Source: a virus (lineage: Duplodnaviria; Caudoviricetes). From it: a stretch of DNA of 53,742 nucleotides. Under the pieces are notes generated by a model, which saw only the letters and a list, made by a program, of their open reading frames with translations, did not search any database and was not told the origin of the DNA. Every line of letters begins with the position of its first letter. Within the stretch, counting starts at the first letter, position 1. A program made the position numbers and the translations under genes. Location: the IMG/VR virus record IMGVR_UViG_3300040985_000553, positions 1-53,742 of that record; one strand, written 5' to 3'. This document shows, one piece after another, positions 46,498 to 53,742 of the stretch.

Positions 46498-47073
46498 ATG
46501 GCTTTGTCGAAAGCACTTAATGGCTTCGTCCCCTCGCGTCGTCGTGGTTCTGGTGTGAACAGCACCGGCACCAGCCGTTACCGTGTTGCCAATGCGTTTG
46601 GCAGCGATATTTTCTACGGCGACCTCGTGAAGTTGGACGGTGGCTTTATTGAAGTAATTACCACCACCACGAACTATGCCGCCGGTGTGTTTCAGGGTTG
46701 TGAGTACATTGATCCGGTTTCCAAACAGCCGGTATTTTCCAACTACTTTCCGTCGGGTGTCTCCTCGGCGGTTGGTAATGTTACGGCATTCGTTGTTGAC
46801 GATCCTGCCGCAACTTATCTTGTTCAGGCCGACGCCTCCGTGTCCGTTGGCGACGTTAACCTGAACTTTGACGTGACGCTCGGCGCAGGTTCTGCCGTTA
46901 CCGGTGTTTCCGGTTTTGGTATTATTGCTACGTCTCGCGTTGAAACCACCGCGATGGTCCGTGTCCTCGATGTCTGGGGTGAGCCGGGTAACGCCTTCTC
47001 GGATGCAAATCCGAAAGTCGAAGTCCGTATCGTCCAGCATGTTGACGCTGACGTATCTTCGCACGACGCATAG
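46498..47073 (+). CDS. capsid decoration/cement protein
   Basis: IFYGDLV, GVFQGCEY and VVDDP motifs; immediately before the MCP. Confidence 0.65.
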   Translation: MALSKALNGFVPSRRRGSGVNSTGTSRYRVANAFGSDIFYGDLVKLDGGFIEVITTTTNYAAGVFQGCEYIDPVSKQPVFSNYFPSGVSSAVGNVTAFVVDDPAATYLVQADASVSVGDVNLNFDVTLGAGSAVTGVSGFGIIATSRVETTAMVRVLDVWGEPGNAFSDANPKVEVRIVQHVDADVSSHDA

Positions 47074-47087
47074 GGGAGTAATTAACA

Positions 47088-48008
47088 ATGGCTATTAATC
47101 GCAGTAATATCGCAAAGGAACTGCTCCCCGGTCTTAACGCCGTCTTCGGTGTTGAGTACGGTGACGTAAATGATGAGCATGTTCCTCTGTTCGACGCCGA
47201 GAACTCAGACCGCAGCTTTGAAGAGGAAGTTCTCTTCACCGGCTTCGGCTCGGCTCCGACCAAGACCGAAGGTTCGGCTGTTCAGTTTGACACTGCACAG
47301 GAATCGTACACCGCTCGGTACAACCACGAGACTGTCGCTCTCGCCTTCTCAGTCACTGAGGAAGCTATGGAAGACAATCTGTACGACACCTTCTCGAAGG
47401 TTCGTGCCCGTGGTCTGGCCCGTGCTATGGCGAATACCAAGCAGGTGAAAGCTGCCGACATCTTCAACAACGGCTTCGCGGCTGGTGACTATGCCATCGG
47501 TGATGGTCTGGCGTTCTTCAGCGCCTCGCACCCCACCATTGGTGACGGTACCCAGTCCAACCTTGCCGCTGCTTCGGACCTGTCCGAGGCTGCTCTTGAG
47601 ACCATTCTCACGAACATCCAGCTTATCAAGGATGATCGTGGTATTCTGATCGGTGCGGGTGCAGCGTCTCTGCACATCCCACCGGCTCTCCAGTTTACCG
47701 CCGAGAAGATTCTCATGTCGCCGGGTTCGACGAACGGCACGAATAACTATGCCAAGAACGACATCAACGCCATTCGTGCGATGGGTGCTGTTCCGGGCGG
47801 TTACTTCGTCAACCGTCGTTTCACCGACACGAACGGCTATTTCGTCAAGACTGATGTCCCGAACGGTGCGAAAATGTTCAACCGTACGCCGCTTCAGACG
47901 AAGATGGAAGAAGACTTCGACACGGGTAACCTCCGGTTCAAGGCTCGGGAGCGTTATAGCTTCGGTGTCTCTGACTGGCGCGGTTACTTCGGCTCGGCAG
48001 GTAGCTAA
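47088..48008 (+). CDS. major capsid protein
   Basis: KELLPGLNAVFG N-terminus, DFDTGNLRFKARERYSFG C-terminus; strong codon bias; followed by a terminator. Confidence 0.9.
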   Translation: MAINRSNIAKELLPGLNAVFGVEYGDVNDEHVPLFDAENSDRSFEEEVLFTGFGSAPTKTEGSAVQFDTAQESYTARYNHETVALAFSVTEEAMEDNLYDTFSKVRARGLARAMANTKQVKAADIFNNGFAAGDYAIGDGLAFFSASHPTIGDGTQSNLAAASDLSEAALETILTNIQLIKDDRGILIGAGAASLHIPPALQFTAEKILMSPGSTNGTNNYAKNDINAIRAMGAVPGGYFVNRRFTDTNGYFVKTDVPNGAKMFNRTPLQTKMEEDFDTGNLRFKARERYSFGVSDWRGYFGSAGS

Positions 48009-48045
48009 GAGTTACTTGTTAAGCGGATTTCCGTGTGTGATAATT

Positions 48046-48076
48046 GGGGAGGCTGGGAAACTGGTCTCCCCTTTTT
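48046..48076 (+). terminator. intrinsic terminator after MCP
   Basis: GGGGAGGCTGG-GAAA-CTGGTCTCCCC followed by T5. Confidence 0.8.
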
Positions 48077-48104
48077 ATAAGACCTGTCAGGTCGGGAGAA
48101 TTAA

Positions 48105-48404
48105 ATGTCAACAAATATCAATTATGCTTATGCAGCAGCAACTGCCACGGGGGATGCTGCCGGTCTTACAAAACCCATGTTAAAAGTACAGGATGATGTG
48201 TCGTTGTCTGACACACGTATTCAGGGAGTCCATGCTACTGGTGTTGGTGTTTTTACTATTTCAGACGAAAACGCCACAAAGATTAAATTTAATAGTGTAG
48301 CAGACGCCGAGATTTATATTGCTGATTCTGGGGTACGTTTTGACGGTGCAGTTACAGTAGTCATGCCAACCACCGCCTCTACCGTTGCTGTTCAGTACGG
48401 CTAA
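48105..48404 (+). CDS. small virion protein
   Basis: GGGAG RBS; beta-rich, 99 aa. Confidence 0.65.
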   Translation: MSTNINYAYAAATATGDAAGLTKPMLKVQDDVSLSDTRIQGVHATGVGVFTISDENATKIKFNSVADAEIYIADSGVRFDGAVTVVMPTTASTVAVQYG

Positions 48405-48503
48405 TGGCTATTGATTATCGCGGCGAGAAGTTCTCCGGATACAATAAACCGAAAAAGAGGAAAAATGTCCGCCGCCTACTGGGCAGATAAGGTTAAATGG
48501 TAA
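48404..48503 (+). pseudogene. internally deleted, frameshifted small basic phage gene
   Basis: MAIDYRGEKFSGYNKPK in frame 0 and KMSAAYWADKVKW* in the +1 frame. Confidence 0.5.
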
Positions 48504-48507
48504 ACTC

Positions 48508-48735
48508 ATGGATAGTATCAATCTTCCTATTGCCACCGTTGTTATCATTCTCATCCAACTCGGGGGCGGTATCTGGTTTGGATCAAACATATCATCTCGC
48601 GTCTCCGCAGTTGAAAATAGACTTGAATCCTCAGAAATTCTGCCTGTCGGATCAGCGGGTAAAATTTCGGAGATGTCTGACCGACTCGCCCGTATTGAGA
48701 CTAAGCTGGAGCTTCTGATGGAATTTAATAAGTAA
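48508..48735 (+). CDS. TM plus coiled-coil protein (possible lysis accessory)
   Basis: N-terminal TM helix; RLARIETKLE coiled coil. Confidence 0.6.
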   Translation: MDSINLPIATVVIILIQLGGGIWFGSNISSRVSAVENRLESSEILPVGSAGKISEMSDRLARIETKLELLMEFNK

Positions 48736-48751
48736 TAAAGAGATATAGAAA

Positions 48752-48931
48752 ATGACCTATGTTTTTATTATTGTAACGATGTATGCAGGTTTAATTCACG
48801 AAATTACAACCACTGGATTTCCTAGCGAAGAGACTTGTTACGAATACGCGGCAGGAGCGTTAACCGCATTTAACTCAGTTGGTCATAAAATTATTCAGGC
48901 CGACTGTCGGCTTATAGATAAAGAAGCATGA
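48752..48931 (+). CDS. hypothetical protein (59 aa)
   Basis: Manual translation MTYVFIIVTMYAG...FPSEETC...C. Confidence 0.5.
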   Translation: MTYVFIIVTMYAGLIHEITTTGFPSEETCYEYAAGALTAFNSVGHKIIQADCRLIDKEA

Positions 48932-49053
48932 CAATGGCTATGAAACCCCGGATGAAGAAAAAGACTATGATGCGCGGCGGCGGTAAAGTAAAGTCTCCGA
49001 AGAAAATGATGCGTGGAGGCAGTCCCGGTGCAAAGAAAAAGACCCGTAAGTGA
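48928..49053 (+). CDS. 41-aa Lys/Met-rich peptide with two MMRGG motifs
   Basis: Manual translation MTMAMKPRMKKKTMMRGGGKVKSPKKMMRGGSPGAKKKTRK. Confidence 0.6.
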   Translation: MTMAMKPRMKKKTMMRGGGKVKSPKKMMRGGSPGAKKKTRK

Positions 49054-49597
49054 TTACATTCTCGATATTCAAAAATGGACCCGTGAAGTTCTGTCTGTCC
49101 CTTCTGAAGAGTTGGGCGGACAGCCTCCGTGCCCTTACGCACAAGGCGCATGGGATGCTGGACTTGTCGCTGTCGGTATTTGCCACAGTCTGGATGATGT
49201 CACTGACGCTCTTGATTTTTTTCCCGCTAGTAGTAGTGATGTTTTCATCGCTGTTCTTCCTGATGTTGAAAGACCTTCTGCTGAAGAACTGGCCCGTTAT
49301 GTGGAAGAAAAGAACACAGGTCTGGTGGCAGAAGACATGTGGCTTATGGCGTACCACCCAGAAGACGATCCATCCGAATACGGACTAGACTATCTGGACG
49401 CCGACTGGGAACCTATTGTCCCTGAAGACTACGCCATGGTCTTCGTTCAACAACTTTCGAAGTTGACTGCTGCATCCTATAATTTGGAGAAGCAGGGCTA
49501 CTACGACGAGTGCCCATGGAAGACGTACCGCGATCTCGTCCATCGCCGTAACGAAAAGGCGATTCAGCATGGCAAGTTCAGGCCAGACGACATTTGA
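49013..49597 (+). CDS. DUF1415-like protein (start uncertain)
   Basis: PPCPYA and YHP motifs. Confidence 0.55.
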   Translation: MEAVPVQRKRPVSDYILDIQKWTREVLSVPSEELGGQPPCPYAQGAWDAGLVAVGICHSLDDVTDALDFFPASSSDVFIAVLPDVERPSAEELARYVEEKNTGLVAEDMWLMAYHPEDDPSEYGLDYLDADWEPIVPEDYAMVFVQQLSKLTAASYNLEKQGYYDECPWKTYRDLVHRRNEKAIQHGKFRPDDI

Positions 49598-50240
49598 TCT
49601 TGCAATAGACGACGTAATTGAACAGGCCTTCGAGCAGATCGGTGGTCAACCGATTAGTGGTGAGGAGTCCCGGTCGGCACGTATTGCACTGAATCTGCTG
49701 CTGACCGAGTGGCAGAATCGGGGCGTCCTGCTCTGGAAACTGGCCGACACCCCGGTGACTCTTTCTACTAACCAGACATCTTACACGCTCGACACCCCAA
49801 TTATCGACAGTCTTCAGACGACTATTGAAGTTGACAGCAATGATCTGGAGATGAACCGGATTACCTATCAGGACTATATGAAGCTGCCGGACAAGACACA
49901 GACCGGTCGTCCGACACAGTTTGCATTTCTTCGTGGCAAGGACCGCGTTACCATGTATGTCTGGCCGTCGCCGGATCAGACCTATACGATGAACCTTCTG
50001 GCAATGACGCGGGTTCAGGATGTAACGGCCTCGGCGGTTCAGACCGCTGATCTGCCGTTCCGATTCCTGCCCCCGCTGGTAGACGGTCTGGCCTACAAGA
50101 TGTCGATGCGTCGTCCCGGCATTGACCCATCGAAGATCAGTTTTCTGAAGCAGCAGTACGAGGAGACGTTTGCCTTTGCTCTTGAGGAGGATCGTCAGCG
50201 TACGTCTATGTTTATTAGGCCGAGGCTGGGTAGTCTCTGA
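49569..50240 (+). CDS. head-tail adaptor/tail tubular protein
   Basis: LNLLLTEWQNRG, GRPTQF, VWPSPD and LAYKMS motifs. Confidence 0.75.
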   Translation: MASSGQTTFDLAIDDVIEQAFEQIGGQPISGEESRSARIALNLLLTEWQNRGVLLWKLADTPVTLSTNQTSYTLDTPIIDSLQTTIEVDSNDLEMNRITYQDYMKLPDKTQTGRPTQFAFLRGKDRVTMYVWPSPDQTYTMNLLAMTRVQDVTASAVQTADLPFRFLPPLVDGLAYKMSMRRPGIDPSKISFLKQQYEETFAFALEEDRQRTSMFIRPRLGSL

Positions 50241-50524
50241 TGGCAACGGGTCGTCGCTCTAATGCTATTTGCGACCGCTGCGGTTTTCGGTGCAAGTACA
50301 TTGAATTGCGTAACGAAGTAGAGGTTGGTGTCTGGGTCTGCCCAGAATGTTTTGACGGGGCGTACAATAGGGTAAACCATCCGCAGAACATGACGAACGT
50401 AGACACAACAGATGATCCCAGTCTCGACCATCCGCGTCCCGACACGACTGCTGACACATCTGCAACTGACGGAAGCTGGACACCAGACGACAGTTCACCC
50501 GCATATCATAATGGACAGGCATAG
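50240..50524 (+). CDS. small zinc-ribbon virion-module protein
   Basis: CDRCG...CPEC...HPQ...PRPD. Confidence 0.7.
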   Translation: MATGRRSNAICDRCGFRCKYIELRNEVEVGVWVCPECFDGAYNRVNHPQNMTNVDTTDDPSLDHPRPDTTADTSATDGSWTPDDSSPAYHNGQA

Positions 50525-50526
50525 CC

Positions 50527-51183
50527 ATGGCACTCTCATATTCACAGCTACGGACCAACATTATTGAGTCCACCGAGAACGACGGCACCGAGTTTGCCGG
50601 TCAGATCGACCAGTTCATTGCACGAGCCGAGGCGCGTCTGACCATTGACATCGACGATGCCGGACTTACTCAGCATCAGTATTCGCAGCTTGTCGCATCC
50701 GACGCATTTCTCGGATTGCCGACAGGATTTACCATCGTTGAATCTGCAAACATTACCGCCAACGGGACACGAATTAATCTGCTGAACCGTAACGTAGACT
50801 TCATTGCAGACTACTGGCCTGTCCGTACATCTACTGGTACCCCTAAATACTACGGTCTTTGGGACGACAATACGATCATCGTGGCCCCTACTCCGGTATC
50901 GGCATTTAACATTGAACTTGCTTTTGTCGCCGCACCTACAGCACTAACATCAGCAACCCCGACAAACTACTACACGGCAGAGACGCCCAACGCCCTGTTT
51001 TATGCGTCAATGGTCGAGGCAGAACTGTTCAATAAGAACTACGAAGTTGTTAAACTTTGGACCGAACTCTATACTAAGGAAATTGAATTGCTCCGTAACC
51101 GTGCCCGTCGTGCCCGTCGTGACGATCTGGAGCCGCACAACCAACAGGCCAATAACGCCAATACACTTACCGGAGGCCCGTAA
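50527..51183 (+). CDS. second head-tail adaptor-like protein
   Basis: FIARAEARL, GTPKYY, VAPTP and PNALFYA motifs. Confidence 0.7.
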   Translation: MALSYSQLRTNIIESTENDGTEFAGQIDQFIARAEARLTIDIDDAGLTQHQYSQLVASDAFLGLPTGFTIVESANITANGTRINLLNRNVDFIADYWPVRTSTGTPKYYGLWDDNTIIVAPTPVSAFNIELAFVAAPTALTSATPTNYYTAETPNALFYASMVEAELFNKNYEVVKLWTELYTKEIELLRNRARRARRDDLEPHNQQANNANTLTGGP

Positions 51184-51608
51184 TGGCTATTACTTCAGGC
51201 ATTTGTATCAGCTTCAAGAAGGAGATTCTCCTCGGTGAGCATGATCTTGATACCGACGCGATTAAACTTGCCCTCTATACGTCTGCGGCCTCGCTCTCCG
51301 ACGGCACGGTTGCTTACACAGCAACTAACGAAGCTACCGGAACGGGATACTCGGCAGGTGGCGTGACGCTGACCGGCATTGACGTGACCACGGACTCGTC
51401 GGTTGCGGTTGTCTCCATCACCGACGCGGTCGTGTCTGCGGCGACAATCACTGCCCGAGGTGCCCTCATCTATAACTCGACTCAGGCAGACAAAGCTATT
51501 GCAGTCTTCGACTTCGGTGCAGATAAATCTTCATCGAACGGTGACTTTACGATTCAGTTCCCGGCTGCTGCTGCGGCAACAGCAATTATCCGCATCCAGT
51601 CTTCGTAG
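51183..51608 (+). CDS. tail structural protein
   Basis: SFKKEILLG.H...KLALYT...GYSAGG...ARGALIYN...FTIQFP. Confidence 0.7.
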   Translation: MAITSGICISFKKEILLGEHDLDTDAIKLALYTSAASLSDGTVAYTATNEATGTGYSAGGVTLTGIDVTTDSSVAVVSITDAVVSAATITARGALIYNSTQADKAIAVFDFGADKSSSNGDFTIQFPAAAAATAIIRIQSS

Positions 51609-51617
51609 GTCTGACCC

Positions 51618-52844
51618 ATGGCACTGGTTCTTAAAGACAGGGTCAAGGAACAAACCACGACCACCGGTACTGGCACGATTACACTCGGCGGGACTGTCTC
51701 CGGGTTTGAATCGTTTGCAGCAGTTGGCGACGGCAACACGACATACTATGCCATTGTCAATCCATCTGCTGATGAATGGGAGGTCGGCCTCGGTACGTAC
51801 ACCGCCGCCGGTACTCTGCTGTCCCGCGACACGATCCTTGAATCTTCTAACTCTGACGCTGCCGTAAACTTTTCGGCAGGGACGAAGGATGTCTTTGTCA
51901 CGTACCCGTCCGACAAGGCCGTCTATGCCGACGCAGCCGGGGAGGTGTCGGTCACCCGTGCGACGTCTGCAACCTTCGCCGCTTCTGCTACGTTTGCCAC
52001 ATCAGCAACTAATGCTACAACGGCGGTGTCAGCAACTAACGCAACGTCTGCCACGTTTGCCACATCAGCAACCCGTGCAACATCGGCTACCTTCGCAACG
52101 TCAGCTACTGAAGCAGCAACTGCTATATTTGCCACGTCGGCTACCAATGCAACAACAGCTGTGTCGGCTACCAACGCAACGTCAGCTACGTTTGCCACGT
52201 CAGCAACTCGTGCAACATCGGCTACGTTTGCCACGTCAGCTACTGAAGCGGCAACTGCAATCTTTGCCACGTCGGCTACCAACGCAACGACAGCTGTATC
52301 GGCTACCAACGCAACGTCTGCCACGTTTGCCACGTCGGCTACCAATGCAACAACAGCTGTGTCGGCTACCAACGCAACGTCTGCCACGTTTGCCACGTCA
52401 GCGACCAATGCAACAAACGCTGTCAATCTTGCAGGTGGAACTGTTTCAGCCACAGCCGGTACGTTTTCAACATCATTAAAAGTAGGCGGAACATCGCCAG
52501 ATAAACAGTTTGAGATTACACAATCTGCCCGTGCCGCGATTACCACGCTAACTGACGCAGCTTCGATTAGTATTGATTTTGACACAGCCCAGAATTTCTC
52601 GGTAACTCTTGCCGGAAACCGCACGTTAGAAAGTCCGTCAAACATTGATCCCGGACAGACCGGTTCTATCTTTGTCATTCAGGACACGACGGGAGGCCGA
52701 ACTCTATCTTTCGGATCAGTTTGGAAATTTGCCGGAGGCACGGCTCCGACACTATCTACCGGCACATCTGCTACTGACCGTATTGACTACGTAGTTCAGA
52801 CCTCCGTTGCTATTCATGCGGTTGCCTCACTGAATGTGACGTAA
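51618..52844 (+). CDS. tail fibre protein with (Ala-Thr-x)n stalk
   Basis: DRVKEQTTTTGTG/WEVGLG anchor domain, about 50 ATx triplets, C-terminal domain shared with 2626-3525. Confidence 0.75.
   Translation: MALVLKDRVKEQTTTTGTGTITLGGTVSGFESFAAVGDGNTTYYAIVNPSADEWEVGLGTYTAAGTLLSRDTILESSNSDAAVNFSAGTKDVFVTYPSDKAVYADAAGEVSVTRATSATFAASATFATSATNATTAVSATNATSATFATSATRATSATFATSATEAATAIFATSATNATTAVSATNATSATFATSATRATSATFATSATEAATAIFATSATNATTAVSATNATSATFATSATNATTAVSATNATSATFATSATNATNAVNLAGGTVSATAGTFSTSLKVGGTSPDKQFEITQSARAAITTLTDAASISIDFDTAQNFSVTLAGNRTLESPSNIDPGQTGSIFVIQDTTGGRTLSFGSVWKFAGGTAPTLSTGTSATDRIDYVVQTSVAIHAVASLNVT
51960..52425 (+). repeat. 9-bp period coding repeat with 135-bp and 63-bp higher-order units
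   Basis: ATS ATN ATT AVS ATN ATS ATF blocks read directly. Confidence 0.9.
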
Positions 52845-52846
52845 CC

Positions 52847-53278
52847 ATGTTTGGCTTCTCGGCACTATCCGAAACGCCGTTTTCCGCTCAACCGGTAATC
52901 GACGTTACCGCTGTTCTGACAGGCCTATCACTAGATGTTGATGAAGGCACGGTAACAGCAGCCGCCGAAGCTGTGGCTGCTCTTGTCGGCCAGTCTCTGA
53001 ACATTGACGAAGGCGAAGTAACCGTTGTTTTTGCACAGAGCATTTTGCTGGACGGTCAATCTCTGGATATTGATGAAGGTACGGTTGTTGTCGTTGCGCC
53101 TTCTAATACAGTTCTGACTGGTCAGTCTCTGGATATTAATGAAGGAACTGTAATTGTGTCCGGACCTGCAAACATTATTGTGACCGGCCAATCTGCTGAT
53201 ATAATACTCGGACAGTACCCTGTCTGGATTCCTGTTCCTGTTGGACCATCTGACAGCTGGACGCCTGTTGTAACATAA
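52847..53278 (+). CDS. virion protein with 21-aa repeats (LxGQSLDIDEGTV)
   Basis: MFGFSALSETPFS N-terminus; about five repeat copies. Confidence 0.7.
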   Translation: MFGFSALSETPFSAQPVIDVTAVLTGLSLDVDEGTVTAAAEAVAALVGQSLNIDEGEVTVVFAQSILLDGQSLDIDEGTVVVVAPSNTVLTGQSLDINEGTVIVSGPANIIVTGQSADIILGQYPVWIPVPVGPSDSWTPVVT

Positions 53279-53294
53279 CTGTTTGGATTAACTG

Positions 53295-53741
53295 ATGGTA
53301 TTTCAAAACGACATTCTTGCAGGTGCGGCTGGTGCTGGTGGCGGCTACGAGATCGACCAGTCGATCCGGTTTAACGACGGGGATAGCGCGTACCTCTCCA
53401 GAACTCCGGGTTCAGCGGAGAGTGATCTTACCCGTACCACGGTCAGTGTTTGGTATAAGCGCGGCGTATTGGGAACCAGCCAAACAATATTCAGTGCGGG
53501 GACTAGTGGCGAGGCAACGTGGTTTGGGTTTACCTCTGCCGACGTTCTTGGGTTCTTTCAGGTTGCTAGCAGCACCACTGTCGCAAGTATTACAACGACC
53601 GCGCTCTTTCGTGACCCCTCCGCTTGGTATCATATCGTTTTCACTTACGACAGCAATGAGGCGGCGTCCGCAGACCGCATTACCATAACCGTTAATGGCG
53701 TCGAGCAAGCTGTTTCCACAGCCGTTGCTGTCGATAGCGCC
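53295..53741 (+). CDS. 5' part of the LamG/ConA-like tail protein continuing at base 98
   Basis: Manual translation MVFQNDILAGAAGAGGGYEIDQSIRFNDGDSAYLSRTP...FRDPSAWYHIV; no stop before the end. Confidence 0.8.
   Translation, partial: MVFQNDILAGAAGAGGGYEIDQSIRFNDGDSAYLSRTPGSAESDLTRTTVSVWYKRGVLGTSQTIFSAGTSGEATWFGFTSADVLGFFQVASSTTVASITTTALFRDPSAWYHIVFTYDSNEAASADRITITVNGVEQAVSTAVAVDSA
53646..53741. repeat. 96-bp direct terminal repeat, right copy
   Basis: Identical to 2-97. Confidence 0.95.
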
Positions 53742-53742
53742 T

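Noticed and set aside
48404-48503. Programmed -1 frameshift at GAAAAAG
   Set aside because: The downstream conserved-looking segment is in the +1 frame, and the product would still lack its middle.
51889-52678. Overlapping and antisense ORFs (196 aa +, 251 aa -) over the ATx repeat
   Set aside because: Stop-free frames are a by-product of the low-complexity repeat.

Overview
The window is an apparently complete, circularly permuted dsDNA tailed-phage genome of about 53,644 bp; bases 2-97 recur at 53646-53741, and one tail gene runs across the join. It has two oppositely transcribed arms. The minus-strand arm (about 36.0 to 12.6 kb) carries early genes, T7-like replication genes (primase-helicase, family A polymerase with Tyr762, SSB, nucleases), a class II ribonucleotide reductase, two free-standing HNH endonucleases and a glycosyl/methyltransferase cluster. 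The plus-strand arm (36.5 kb through the join to 12.6 kb) carries terminase, portal, GroES-like chaperone, scaffold, capsid, podovirus-type tail and ejection genes. I recognised no RNA polymerase, integrase or CI repressor. Five identical GTTC-N7-GTTC boxes point to an alphaproteobacterial host. The most unusual signals are: (1) a canonical hammerhead ribozyme and a 124-nt tRNA-like RNA bracketing one early gene; (2) a control region where LexA-type boxes flank a 20-bp iteron-like array; (3) an array of translationally coupled xxRV-repeat minigenes around a DUF6745-like gene; (4) a recurring [MFYA]xxGG tag in unrelated late proteins; (5) an HNH insertion that rebuilt the RNR C-terminus; (6) Maf-like and GT8-like transferases alongside an (Ala-Thr-x)n tail fibre. 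All family assignments come from motif recognition by eye; no database searches were run.
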